A stretch of DNA of 64,000 nucleotides from Candidatus Thorarchaeota archaeon (GTDB taxonomy: Archaea; Asgardarchaeota; Thorarchaeia; Thorarchaeales; Thorarchaeaceae). Shown one piece after another: positions 50,722 through 61,021 of the stretch. The DNA is taken from assembly GCA_020348985.1 (NCBI GenBank), contig CP070761.1, positions 830,324-894,323 on the forward strand. Direction: 5' to 3'. The translations under genes were made by a program, and so were the position numbers. Positions within the stretch are counted from its first letter, which is position 1. The number at the start of each line of letters is the position of its first letter. The notes under the pieces are model-generated. The model had not been told where the DNA came from and made no database searches. It saw only the letters and a list, made by a program, of their open reading frames with translations.

Positions 50722-53700
50722 TCAATTTGATTGATCCAGTCCTTTAGCGATTTCATCAATAGTTGTTGGGAGCATCGCGATGTCTTCTCCAAGACCTTGA
50801 ATTTCTAGATATGATTTTGTGCTTCCCAGAGTTCCAGTAATGAAGAGTCTTAGCGCTAACTTCTTCTTTGTGTATTTTCCTTCAGCAAAACCTCTTACGA
50901 TTCCTCTGAAAACACCTTCATCTATTGTTCTACTTGAATCTATGATGCGGAAGTTTCTTGCTGGAAGAAGAGTCAATGCTTTTGAGAACAAAACCTCAGG
51001 ATCCTGATTCAATTCCCGCTTTTCCTTAGTGGCTGCCATCTCATTTAACAAGAATTCAAATTCCGTCAGAGATGATTCGAGTGGAGTAAGTAAGTCACAT
51101 ACTGAACGAATGACATAGGGTTCGACAGGAATTACCTGGGTTTGATTCTGATGATCAATATATGACACTGTAGTGAGAATCTGACCTTCAACGCAGTCCT
51201 TCGTTGGAGTTAGATTGAATTGAGGAGACCTAAAACCGCCTGGTTCTATTCGTGCTATCTTTTTCAATCGCTCTCCTGACAGTTCCATGCAGTCTTCGGG
51301 GTATGCGACGATAGTCACTATGACATTATTGATTACGCTCTTTGTGTCGTTTTTCACTTTCACTTTGTACTCAAATTCATCGCCTACTATCTCTGCACCT
51401 CTGAGTACTTCAACTCGGCCAATCGAGGGTGGTTCAATTTCTGCTACTGGTGTTACTTTGGGTTTGCCTTTTAGTCGAACACGTGAAAGAATAACCAAGA
51501 CTGCCACTATACCGACACCGCCTGCGGCAACAAGAGTCATTGTAACGTCTGCACCATCTCCAGTAAATCCAGTAGCGGACCACACAGTAGTTTCAACATT
51601 ACATGTAAACTCAGTTATACCATGGACTTCTTCGCTTGTGACTTGTCTAGTCGTATATCGATACGCTCGGCCATCATTGCGATCCGTGAATAGTGACTTG
51701 TTTGAGTCAGTGAAAGACATCCACCATGAGCCATTTCGTTCAATTACGATTTGATAACTAGTACATGGAGAATTATCATAATCAAATGAGACTGAAAGAG
51801 TGAAAGTAACTTCTTGTCCATTTGCCACTGCTTCAGAACTTGCCTGAATATCAATGACTAATCTATCCCAGATAACCGAAACAAACTGACTATTCTGATC
51901 TACTTGGGTTATCCCTTGAGTGTTTCCAGAGCATGCAACAGAATCAAAGGTGTTGGCCGTGACACTTGTCTCAATATCAGTGAAATTCCAATGACCACCA
52001 CTTCCAGAATAGCTTGCACTAATCGAGTTTATCATGACTATGCCATCAATTACAGGTGACATATCATACTCATAGTAAATCTGAACACTAAGCCATGCTT
52101 GGTCATTTATGTTAAGATGTGAATACTCTACCCAATACCCTTGCACTTGGATCCGATCGGAAATGTATGTATCTTGATAGGCGGTATAAAGTAGATCAGT
52201 TCCTGAGAATCCATCACCTTCTCCAACTACTATGATTGTGAGTATGTTTTCACCAACTTGATCATCAGCATATCCTGTGATGTCAAAATTACCATCCGCA
52301 AATGAAGGGTCAGTCCAAGGGCCAACACTATTCCCATAATCTGTCATTGAAACCCATACATCTGTTTCATTGTCTGATGGAAAGTTGTCACCTGAACCAA
52401 AGTAGACTAGTGTTCCAGTAACATAGAATATGCTGTTCAGGTCACCTCTATCTGTTGGTCCCACGTCATCATCAATTGTCAAACTAAGAATGTCAAGACG
52501 GGTTTCAATATCCCAATTGCTCTCATAAAAATCGGAATCGAACTCACTTGAAGTGTCGTTGACAAACTGCTTCACATCAATGTCCATGATATCAGGATGG
52601 CTCCAGCTAATCTTGACATGCCATGTAATATCGATTGAATTGACGGACTTGACATATGAACTCCAAGTTGCCAAGGTAAGAGATCCTGAGCCATTGAAAA
52701 TCGAGAATTGATTTGTGTCCTCATCGAATATGAGTGTCCAGTAGTTAGTAGTTCTACTATTATCAAATAGGAGAAGTATCACTTTGTCGATGTCTGAATA
52801 ACCATCTGGGTCACTCACATTGGTCGTTATGAAATAGTAATGGTATTTGGCATAGAGATAGGTTGTATCGTCAGGATTTATCAGGACAGGAGATACATCA
52901 TTCACAGGATTTTGGTTCGGAATTTGAGTCCAAACGACTTGTTCAACATTGGTAACGAACATAGTAAGACCGTATGTACTCTCACTAACTCCAGCACCAG
53001 TAGTGTTTGCCCTGTATGTATATGTTACATCTGAACCAGTGTCGTTGAAGAGGGTCTTGTTAGCATCAGTAAAAACTTGCCAATCACTGACGTTTCTATG
53101 AAATTGAATCGTATAGGTCGTACATGGTAGATTGTCATAGTCGTATACGACTGTCAAAACGAAATTGACTTGAACACCGTTATTTGGTGTTTCATCGTCC
53201 GCTTGAATATCTATGACAAGTCTATCCCAAATGATGTTTGTTGATTGACCATTTACATTGACAACTGTTATTCCATAAGTACTGTCAAGAGCCCCAGTGG
53301 AGTTCACGAAATAACCAAGTCGACCTATGATGTCATATGATCCTGTCACCAGTTCAAAATGATCTGTCTGCCATGTCATAGCAGAATTATTCATGTAGAG
53401 TGTGTCACCGCTCGTAAGAAGAGTATTGTCATATTCAAGTTCAGCTGTCACACTAATTGTAGCAGATGACCAGATATCTATTCGATTATCATTCGCCGAA
53501 GTAGACAGGATCCTAATTCGGTCCCAAATACAGAATGTATACCAATCTCCTGTGTAACTAGCTATTGCTGTGATTCCATGCGAGTCCCCAGACGGGCTAC
53601 CTGGATCGTAGGCACGTCTGCCAACAGTATCGTACTGGAATGTTGTATCGTTCCACGCGAAAACGCCGTCAAAGCTGGTATTATCGAAATTATATCTGGC

Positions 53701-55251
53701 AGTCACAACGATACCGGATGCGTTCTCATTGACACTGATTCGTTGGTTAGTCGGTCCAGTGATGGTCACATTCAGAGAATCCCAAATAACATAGTTCGCA
53801 CCATCAAAACCAATTACAGAAATGTAGTAGACGGGATCGGTGACGGATATGACACGATAACCTCTTTTTCCAACGGTCGTATATAGGAACGTTGTATGAT
53901 TCAATGTTAGTGTGCCCGAAAACTGTGTCCAATCTGATTCATAGTAGGCAAATACTGTAATACCTGATGCATTTTGATTGACGTTAATTCGATGGTCAGG
54001 TATTGTTATATTGCATGACAAAGAGTCCCAGGTTTGCGTAATTGATTGACCATTCTGGTCAACCGCTCCAGCCAGACTATGAGAACCTCCAGAAAATGTG
54101 ACTGAATTGTATGTAAAAGCTTGAGCGGTCGCTTTCGTGTCCACAATTATCCAACCAGAGTAACTAGCCCAGTAGGTTGCGCTAACTCCATTTACGGTAA
54201 CTGTGCCAGTCGTCACCAAGGAATCATCATAATCATAGTAAATGATCAGCAATTGCTTGGCGGGAACATTGATGTCTATTCTTGATGAGTTTAGTTGACT
54301 GTATGATTGAACTTGAACACGGTCTGCAATATAGGAATCAGATGGTGAAAGAGTATAGTATAGATCTGAACCTCCAAAACCAGCTCCTTCTTCAACTATT
54401 TTGACAGTGTACCAGTCTAGGCCTACTTGATCATCAGCATAGCAAGTAATATCGAAAGCTCCTGATGGAATGATTGTATCACTCCATGGTCCTAGAACAC
54501 TTCCATATTGTGGTGCTGAAACCCATGCATCAATTTGATTTGAAGGAGGATTCAAAGTGGATCCACGATAAGTAGTTGTCCCAGTAATGTGGAAAACCTC
54601 ATCAAGATCTCCCCGGTCAACTGTTCCGCCATCGTCACTAGTCACACTTGGAATAACAGAATAATCGAGGCGTGTTTCAATGTCCCAATTCACTTCATAC
54701 CAATCAGCATCAGAAGTTGCGTTATAATCATAGACGTACTGGTAAACATCAACATCTGCTGAAGCGAGATGGTACCAATCTATTCGTAATACGAAAGTTG
54801 CATCGATATCATTTCCAGATCTAGTTGCGCTGCAAGAACCAGTTTGTAGTGCAATGTTCCCTGAACTTCCGACCTCTGAGAAAGTGTTAAGGTTTTCATC
54901 ATATTTGACCTTCCAATACTCAGTAATTCGATTATTATCATATAGAGATAGTTCGATATACTCTATTGCTTGGTAGCCATCTGGGACTGATACATAAGCT
55001 GTAATCTGATAGTCTCTCAATTGAGCATACATATTATCAGTGTCATCTGGGTTTTGCAATACTGGAGCCTGGTCATTAACTGGATTAAATGAAAGCTCAT
55101 GATGTTTTTCTGGACAAATTCCTGTTATTGGTACCTCCATTGCCCTCTCGATTACATTTGACACGTTTATTAACGACATTATGATGGTGAAGCAAACTAT
55201 AGAAGTTATCAGAATAAGAACTCGGTTCTTTGGTCCAAACATGTAACCCAT
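50722..55251 (-). CDS. Large repetitive cell-surface glycoprotein (type I membrane) with cytoplasmic adaptin/coatomer-appendage-like domain
   Basis: N-terminal signal/TM; duplicated ~350-aa module plus WD(S/R)L beta repeats; many NxS/T sequons; TM followed by a basic stop-transfer; ~230-aa cytoplasmic domain. Confidence 0.85.
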   Translation of the reverse strand: MGYMFGPKNRVLILITSIVCFTIIMSLINVSNVIERAMEVPITGICPEKHHELSFNPVNDQAPVLQNPDDTDNMYAQLRDYQITAYVSVPDGYQAIEYIELSLYDNNRITEYWKVKYDENLNTFSEVGSSGNIALQTGSCSATRSGNDIDATFVLRIDWYHLASADVDVYQYVYDYNATSDADWYEVNWDIETRLDYSVIPSVTSDDGGTVDRGDLDEVFHITGTTTYRGSTLNPPSNQIDAWVSAPQYGSVLGPWSDTIIPSGAFDITCYADDQVGLDWYTVKIVEEGAGFGGSDLYYTLSPSDSYIADRVQVQSYSQLNSSRIDINVPAKQLLIIYYDYDDSLVTTGTVTVNGVSATYWASYSGWIIVDTKATAQAFTYNSVTFSGGSHSLAGAVDQNGQSITQTWDSLSCNITIPDHRINVNQNASGITVFAYYESDWTQFSGTLTLNHTTFLYTTVGKRGYRVISVTDPVYYISVIGFDGANYVIWDSLNVTITGPTNQRISVNENASGIVVTARYNFDNTSFDGVFAWNDTTFQYDTVGRRAYDPGSPSGDSHGITAIASYTGDWYTFCIWDRIRILSTSANDNRIDIWSSATISVTAELEYDNTLLTSGDTLYMNNSAMTWQTDHFELVTGSYDIIGRLGYFVNSTGALDSTYGITVVNVNGQSTNIIWDRLVIDIQADDETPNNGVQVNFVLTVVYDYDNLPCTTYTIQFHRNVSDWQVFTDANKTLFNDTGSDVTYTYRANTTGAGVSESTYGLTMFVTNVEQVVWTQIPNQNPVNDVSPVLINPDDTTYLYAKYHYYFITTNVSDPDGYSDIDKVILLLFDNSRTTNYWTLIFDEDTNQFSIFNGSGSLTLATWSSYVKSVNSIDITWHVKISWSHPDIMDIDVKQFVNDTSSEFDSDFYESNWDIETRLDILSLTIDDDVGPTDRGDLNSIFYVTGTLVYFGSGDNFPSDNETDVWVSMTDYGNSVGPWTDPSFADGNFDITGYADDQVGENILTIIVVGEGDGFSGTDLLYTAYQDTYISDRIQVQGYWVEYSHLNINDQAWLSVQIYYEYDMSPVIDGIVMINSISASYSGSGGHWNFTDIETSVTANTFDSVACSGNTQGITQVDQNSQFVSVIWDRLVIDIQASSEAVANGQEVTFTLSVSFDYDNSPCTSYQIVIERNGSWWMSFTDSNKSLFTDRNDGRAYRYTTRQVTSEEVHGITEFTCNVETTVWSATGFTGDGADVTMTLVAAGGVGIVAVLVILSRVRLKGKPKVTPVAEIEPPSIGRVEVLRGAEIVGDEFEYKVKVKNDTKSVINNVIVTIVAYPEDCMELSGERLKKIARIEPGGFRSPQFNLTPTKDCVEGQILTTVSYIDHQNQTQVIPVEPYVIRSVCDLLTPLESSLTEFEFLLNEMAATKEKRELNQDPEVLFSKALTLLPARNFRIIDSSRTIDEGVFRGIVRGFAEGKYTKKKLALRLFITGTLGSTKSYLEIQGLGEDIAMLPTTIDEIAKGLDQSN

Positions 55252-55664
55252 ATCCCCCTTTCCAAGATCTGAATAGGATTAACATCTTCGGGTTGCTATG
55301 TAGGAATTACCAAAATCCAGGTACAATTCTCTGACACTTTTGGCAAACCCGTTTCACATTTCATGATTGGTCTGCGATATAAGTCTGCGGACAATCGCCA
55401 TTGTCGCAATCAATTCTATTGAAAAGATACGTTCTTGAGTGTAGCTGCTGTAATTCTGCAATCTTCGATTCTCATCACAGGGACAATTGTTGGTGCTGGC
55501 ACCTCCCACCAAGAGATCTGCTTGGCATCCTTACCAAGAGCAGATGTGCTAGCAAACATCCTCATGTTGTTGTCATTGGTCCTCAAAGCGCTGATTGGAT
55601 AAGCCTCCGAACCTGTCCAAGAGTCCAATCAAAGAATAAGAGAGGGGGCTAGGTGCCCCCACAG

Positions 55665-57068
55665 CTAATCCTCTTCTTCGTCCTCTTCTTCACCAAGGCG
55701 TCTAGCACGGCCAAGTCGGCGGCTATCATCGACACGTAGTCGACGAGAATCAGGAGGCGCAATTGCATCGGATGGTTCTCTTTCACCTTTTGGCTCGTAC
55801 TCCTCAGGAGCTTCAGAGGCCCTCAGGATTTCTTCATCCACTTCTCCTTCTTCGAAGACCTCACCCTCATCTCTTGCCCTCTCGACGATTCGTTCAACTC
55901 GTTCTACGCGAAGATAGTAGATCATTGTGAACATGGCCATGAGTGGGAATGCGAGGAGTTTTGCGATGTCCCTAAACAAGAAAGTGGCGAAGTTGACTTC
56001 TGCTGTCCAGAATCCAGGGAAGAACCAGCCGCCAATGGCTGAGCCGGATCCTGAGGCAGCGATTATGCTGTCGACAAAGAAGAATCCACTGGCCAGGAAG
56101 AATGTTATCAGAGGTCCTAGGTCTCTTGTTCGAGCTTTAGATTCCTCAACTTCTTCGGTTACGGTTCTTCCAATACCACTCATTGCATAAACCAGGAAGA
56201 ACAAAGACATGGCAATGTCAACAGCTTCCATCGAGGGAGCCGATGATCTCCTCATCACATTGAACAAGAAGTAGCCCGAGTAAATGGAAATGAACAAGGT
56301 TAGAAGACTGATATTGATTGCAGCTCCTTTGGTCGCATACCTGAAGTAGGAGAGAAGTGAAATCAGGGCAAAGAGCCCCAACAGCCCAAATGCTCCTAAC
56401 AGGAAGGGGAAGTGCAAAGAGACATTGTCCTGGAATTCTGGGAACACAGGGCCCAATAGAGCACTGATTCCGAACATATCTCCTGGGATTACAACTAGGG
56501 CAACTACTGCTTCAGCTGCTATGATGCCAATCCCGATAATCAGTATGATGAAGGCGAGAATGCCTGTGCCAATACCTCCCTTCTTCGGTTCAGCAATTGT
56601 CGCAATCCGCAGACTAGTCCTTGATGATAGGTAGCCTTGGAATCCAATCCACCCCACCCAACAGAATGCTGCGAATATGAAGAGAATAGCTTCTCCGAGG
56701 AATATCGACATCCACACAGAAATTGCAAACGAGACCGCTAGCCAGGCCACACCCTTCATCTCAGTCACACGACCTCGGCCTCGCCTTGTAATCCAAAGCC
56801 GATCTAGCCTCAGAGCGAGCAGCAATGTCCCGATCATGAAGTAGATTGTGCCCGTCGCACCGAGATATGCGAAAGTGGTTATCAGAATCGTCTCAATCGT
56901 TGTTCCAATCACCCATGTTTGAGACAGTAGGAACGAAACGAAGAATGACAAGAAAACTGTCATGACAAAAATGATCAGATAGGCCACGTAGCGCCTCGTT
57001 TTGAAGAACACTTTCAGGCCTTCAACAATGCCAGAAAGAATAGGAATACCCAAAACATCATCCTCCAA
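55665..57068 (-). CDS. Polytopic membrane protein (~10-11 TM) with acidic C-tail
   Basis: Multiple hydrophobic segments; charged tail. Confidence 0.8.
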   Translation of the reverse strand: MEDDVLGIPILSGIVEGLKVFFKTRRYVAYLIIFVMTVFLSFFVSFLLSQTWVIGTTIETILITTFAYLGATGTIYFMIGTLLLALRLDRLWITRRGRGRVTEMKGVAWLAVSFAISVWMSIFLGEAILFIFAAFCWVGWIGFQGYLSSRTSLRIATIAEPKKGGIGTGILAFIILIIGIGIIAAEAVVALVVIPGDMFGISALLGPVFPEFQDNVSLHFPFLLGAFGLLGLFALISLLSYFRYATKGAAINISLLTLFISIYSGYFLFNVMRRSSAPSMEAVDIAMSLFFLVYAMSGIGRTVTEEVEESKARTRDLGPLITFFLASGFFFVDSIIAASGSGSAIGGWFFPGFWTAEVNFATFLFRDIAKLLAFPLMAMFTMIYYLRVERVERIVERARDEGEVFEEGEVDEEILRASEAPEEYEPKGEREPSDAIAPPDSRRLRVDDSRRLGRARRLGEEEDEEED

Positions 57069-57246
57069 TTCTGCATCTCCGAAGTACTTGGTTCGATTTA
57101 AGCTTTGCAGAGGTTCTGCTCACGACAAGAAGATGGTCTTCAGAAACCCTTCTGCTCATGTGAACACTTCGGTCAAACGCAAACTGAATTGAAAGCAATG
57201 GATTTCCACATAAGTTAGCTTTAATAGCGCTCAAAACGAATCCTTA

Positions 57247-57351
57247 GTGTGGCCGGGTGGCTGACAGGGTCTTGTTTTCGTAACATGCCCTCATTACAAA
57301 CAACTCCCCCCCTCCTACCACAGCCTTGTCGGCACTGGCCACACCTCTTTT
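57247..57351 (+). ncRNA. Candidate ~100-nt structured small RNA
   Basis: 57247-57270 pairs with 57323-57344 (~22 bp, several G-U pairs); inner hairpin 57272-57303; C-rich loop; TATA at 57220; 3' CUCUUUU. Confidence 0.6.
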
Positions 57352-57463
57352 CCGTTCAAATCCAAATACAGCATGTCGGCACATGAGTCCACGTTGACCG
57401 CATTCCTTTTCTATGGTTTTGCTCGGAATTTAAGGTGTGTGGAAACTTGGAGCGTGAGAGCGA

Positions 57464-58237
57464 ATGTCATCAGCGCAAGTTCAGATTGTCACCCAAGGAC
57501 TGTCCAAGAATTTCGGGCCTATTGAAGCTTTGAAGAATCTCGATCTAGAGGTGAAAAAGGGGAGCACCTTCGGATTCCTCGGACCAAATGGAGCGGGCAA
57601 GACAACTACAGTAAGAATACTCTCAGGACTGCTGAGGCCCAGCTCAGGAAATGCAGCTGTCTGTGGATTCGATGTCCTGACGCAGCAAGATGAGATAAAG
57701 GGCGCAACAGGACTGCTCCCTGAGACACCGGGGCTCTACTCCAAACTATCTGCAGTCGAGTTTCTAGAGTTCATTGGTGCTCTCAACGATCTGACTGGAG
57801 AGATTGTCAACAAGAGAATCGACCAACTGCTCGCTCTTCTTGGTCTTGAAGGACGTCAGAATGATCTTCTGGAAAGCTATAGCTCAGGGATGAAGCAGAA
57901 GGTTCTGGTAGCTTCAACGATTCTCCACGATCCGACTCTGGTGTTTCTCGATGAACCAACATCAAGGTTGGATCCATCTGCAAGTGCCCTTGTAAAGGAA
58001 ATCATCCTCGCTCTCGCCAAGGAGACCGAAACTACGTTCTTTATTTGCACTCACATGACAGACTTTGCTGAAGATGTCTGCGACATCATAGGCATTCTAA
58101 ACGAGGGCGTTCTGTCAGCCTTGGGTTCTCCCAACGAGATAATCGATCAAGTAGGTGCCAATGACCTTGAGGACGCCTACCTCAAGATAGTCGGTGGTGA
58201 AGTTGACCGCGAGAAGCTTCTCACTTGGAGGCAGTGA
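57464..58237 (+). CDS. ABC transporter ATP-binding protein
   Basis: GPNGAGKTT, YSSGMKQK, VFLDEP, CTH. Confidence 0.95.
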   Translation: MSSAQVQIVTQGLSKNFGPIEALKNLDLEVKKGSTFGFLGPNGAGKTTTVRILSGLLRPSSGNAAVCGFDVLTQQDEIKGATGLLPETPGLYSKLSAVEFLEFIGALNDLTGEIVNKRIDQLLALLGLEGRQNDLLESYSSGMKQKVLVASTILHDPTLVFLDEPTSRLDPSASALVKEIILALAKETETTFFICTHMTDFAEDVCDIIGILNEGVLSALGSPNEIIDQVGANDLEDAYLKIVGGEVDREKLLTWRQ

Positions 58238-58326
58238 TCGAGGACCGGGAGATGCAAACGCTCTAAGAATGTGATACAAACACGGATATTCCGAATACCG
58301 TGCATATGCTTTGAGGTTCACCCCGG

Positions 58327-58659
58327 ATGACAGATTGTCTGCCACCAGCAAATACGTCGTGTGGGAGATGCGGATGTGTGATCTTCTATACCGGGGAGGA
58401 TTGTGTTCTTTGTCCTCTAGCAAGTGACATTCTCAGAAACACCGCCTCCAGTCTGGGGGTCTCTAGTCAGTCGTTCTGCGAGGTGGACGTCGATGCCGAT
58501 GCTGGATTGGCTATTGACTCCTCTTTGGTTGCGATTCCCTCGATGAGAATCTGCGACAGACAATTGAATGGACTTCCCGATGAAGCATCGATACGAGATG
58601 CATTGGTTCGCGCCATGATTCTGCAGCCATGTTTCATTGATGATTCTGTACGTTCTTGA
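58327..58659 (+). CDS. Small thioredoxin-fold protein (CVLC)
   Basis: FYTGEDCVLC, EVDVD, AIPSM, NGLP. Confidence 0.65.
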   Translation: MTDCLPPANTSCGRCGCVIFYTGEDCVLCPLASDILRNTASSLGVSSQSFCEVDVDADAGLAIDSSLVAIPSMRICDRQLNGLPDEASIRDALVRAMILQPCFIDDSVRS

Positions 58660-58728
58660 GATTAGTACTTGAACCGAAAGAAAGAAGGCCAGCAAGAAAT
58701 TACCGCACAAACTGTTGCGGTGTTGTGT

Positions 58729-59640
58729 GTGGATTCCATTGATAGAGGAATAGCCCTCGATCTAAGCAGGGATTGTAGGACTTCCCTACAGAAGCTTTCA
58801 CTCAAGTATAACATAAGCTCGAACGCCATCAAAAAACGGATTGACAAACTTCTCGAGATTGGAGTAATTGAGAAATTCTTGGTCAGGTTGAGTCGGGCGA
58901 TGGCAGACACAGAGATGCTATTTGCGATAGTGTACACGGACAAGTCAGTAGATGATGACACATTCGCTGAGAGAGTCTTTGAACATCCACAAGTTGCTAG
59001 CGTACATTACGATTCTTTTGGTTCCTGCATAGTGCACGCAGAGTATTCCGGAGCAAAAGAACTTGGTGAATTGGGAGTGTTTCTCCGTGGACTAGAAAGC
59101 GTCACAGATGTAGAGTTACACACTTTGCCAATTGCCAGAGGTAGCAAGGTCGAACTCAAGAACCTACAGATGCGAGTGCTTGTCCCGCTACTCGACAATC
59201 CACGAATGTCCGTCACTGACATTGCCCAGGCTACAGGTTTGACAGCTCGAAGAGTTCGTCGGACGATCCAAGAGCTGTCTGATGGTGGAGGTGTTGAGTT
59301 CACGGTGGCTCTGACTTTCCCTGCCGCAGACACGACTTATCTCGCCTTTCGAATGACCTGGGATTCGAAGATAATAAGTCCGGAGCAGATAGATTCAATC
59401 ATAAAGAAGCAGTTTCCAAACGACTACTATCGGTCAGTGTATTCGGCCATTGAGCCGATAATCTGGTGTGACTTTATCGTTGGACATGCCCGTGATGCTG
59501 AAACCATTACAGCAAAGCTAAGGAAGATTCCGTCTGCAACTGTAGAGAATACCATCATCGTCTACCCGCCAAAGAAGCGGCGGAACATCAGAGAATTGAA
59601 GCTCCGTAAGATGCTTTCAGATGCAGGATATCTCCATTAG
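58729..59640 (+). CDS. Tandem Lrp/AsnC-type wHTH regulator
   Basis: MDSIDRGI..DL..DCR.S and LDNPRMSVTDIA..TGL..RRVRR; likely GTG start at 58729. Confidence 0.85.
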   Translation: MDSIDRGIALDLSRDCRTSLQKLSLKYNISSNAIKKRIDKLLEIGVIEKFLVRLSRAMADTEMLFAIVYTDKSVDDDTFAERVFEHPQVASVHYDSFGSCIVHAEYSGAKELGELGVFLRGLESVTDVELHTLPIARGSKVELKNLQMRVLVPLLDNPRMSVTDIAQATGLTARRVRRTIQELSDGGGVEFTVALTFPAADTTYLAFRMTWDSKIISPEQIDSIIKKQFPNDYYRSVYSAIEPIIWCDFIVGHARDAETITAKLRKIPSATVENTIIVYPPKKRRNIRELKLRKMLSDAGYLH

Positions 59641-61021
59641 AAGTTAGACCTGAGCTATTGATAGATTGTGACCTCGAAGGGCAGGTCACCTTTATCTTCT
59701 CAGTTCTCGAGACTCGGTTTCCAGATGAATCGGTTGCAGACACTATGAAGTCATATATGCCATCGGGCAAGTCAAATGCTACTCTGCCAAACGTACTGTT
59801 CGCCCAGAATACAGGGTTCTCGACTCTGAAGAAAGAAATCTGGATGCCTTTGCCAACGATAGCGATGTCGACATCAGAAATCCAGCTGCCGTCATCTATG
59901 ACTTCAGCTAGAAACGCAGTTCCCTCACGAGTCACAATCGTCCTCATGTTTTCAATTCTAGGGCAAACAGTATCTGAAAGACTGTGTGCAAACACTTCAA
60001 TCTCCTGTCCGACAGGAATGCTATCAAGCAATATGAATACCCTTCCATTCTCTCGGGAAATGACATACTTATCAGAGAGCCGACCCCCATCCGCAATCGC
60101 AAACTCAGTCCAGTGACGGGGTATCTCAATACGATATGTCAGCGCAACGCCAAACGAGAAGTCATCATCCAGTTCTGTCCGGAAGGATATGCTGTGCTTA
60201 CTCCTCCTACTTGATGTAATCCTCAACGAGTCTCTTTCGAGTTGGTACGCTAGGGCCTCACCCCAGCTCGTGTACCAGGTATCCTTTCTCACGGCAATCT
60301 GCTTTAGCATTTCAAAGAATTCAGATCGTTCTGCAGGAGTGAACCACTTGGAGTGTCCATAACACTTGTATGCGGCGTAATCATCGCCTGCACGCGCAAC
60401 CATTTCTTCGAATGTGGTGATGAGCCGATTCATGTTCTTGCCCTTTACACCATCGACTGATGGGAAAGAATGCACTGCGTGCCCAGGATTCTCAATAGGC
60501 CAAGTTCCTCGGTTTGAAGCCGATTCATATTGAATTCCACGCGCCAGTCTGAAGAACTCAAGTGCCTGCTCCTGAGCTGCATCATTCTGTGATCCGTAGG
60601 GATACGCAAATACAATCGGTGTGAATCCGAACACTCGCTCGATATCACTGATGCTTTGACGAAGCAAGTATTCTCTATAGGACTGGTTCAGTTGAGCATG
60701 ATGGAGATGCTCTCTAGAGTGGGACTGAATGTCGTGGCCCCGGAACAACATGTCAAGTCCCCACAGCTGTGCGACATCTATTTGACTCGTCACTGCAAAC
60801 GTTGTGTGTTTGAATCCGAGGTCATCTTCAAGAAACGAGAAAGCTAAGTCATCACCCCCATCATCCCAAGAGAACATGAAAGCGAACTGCCTTCCTCCGC
60901 GGAAAACCTCGACTTCTGGGCTTGATGCTTCGGTCATTGATTCATCAATGCTGAAAGCAAAGAAGGAATCGAGGAGCAGGAACATTACACCAATGATCAC
61001 GACGACCGTCTTTCTTCTCAA
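59588..61021 (-). CDS. Secreted polysaccharide deacetylase (NodB-like) with C-terminal beta domain
   Basis: FSWDDG, HDIQSHSREH, FAYPYG. Confidence 0.85.
   Translation of the reverse strand: MRRKTVVVIIGVMFLLLDSFFAFSIDESMTEASSPEVEVFRGGRQFAFMFSWDDGGDDLAFSFLEDDLGFKHTTFAVTSQIDVAQLWGLDMLFRGHDIQSHSREHLHHAQLNQSYREYLLRQSISDIERVFGFTPIVFAYPYGSQNDAAQEQALEFFRLARGIQYESASNRGTWPIENPGHAVHSFPSVDGVKGKNMNRLITTFEEMVARAGDDYAAYKCYGHSKWFTPAERSEFFEMLKQIAVRKDTWYTSWGEALAYQLERDSLRITSSRRSKHSISFRTELDDDFSFGVALTYRIEIPRHWTEFAIADGGRLSDKYVISRENGRVFILLDSIPVGQEIEVFAHSLSDTVCPRIENMRTIVTREGTAFLAEVIDDGSWISDVDIAIVGKGIQISFFRVENPVFWANSTFGRVAFDLPDGIYDFIVSATDSSGNRVSRTEKIKVTCPSRSQSINSSGLTSNGDILHLKASYGASIL

Noticed and set aside
55260-55660. 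Short ORFs upstream of the giant surface gene
   Set aside because: No recognisable features; likely promoter region or remnant.
57244-57320. 16-codon minus-strand ORF (MRACYENKTLSATRPH) behind a G-rich SD-like run
   Set aside because: It is very short. The G-U pairs, TATA position and U-tract all favour a plus-strand RNA, although it is not formally excluded.
57247-57351. tRNA, C/D or H/ACA guide RNA
   Set aside because: No cloverleaf or T-loop, no clear C/D box pair, and no convincing K-turn/pocket/ACA geometry.
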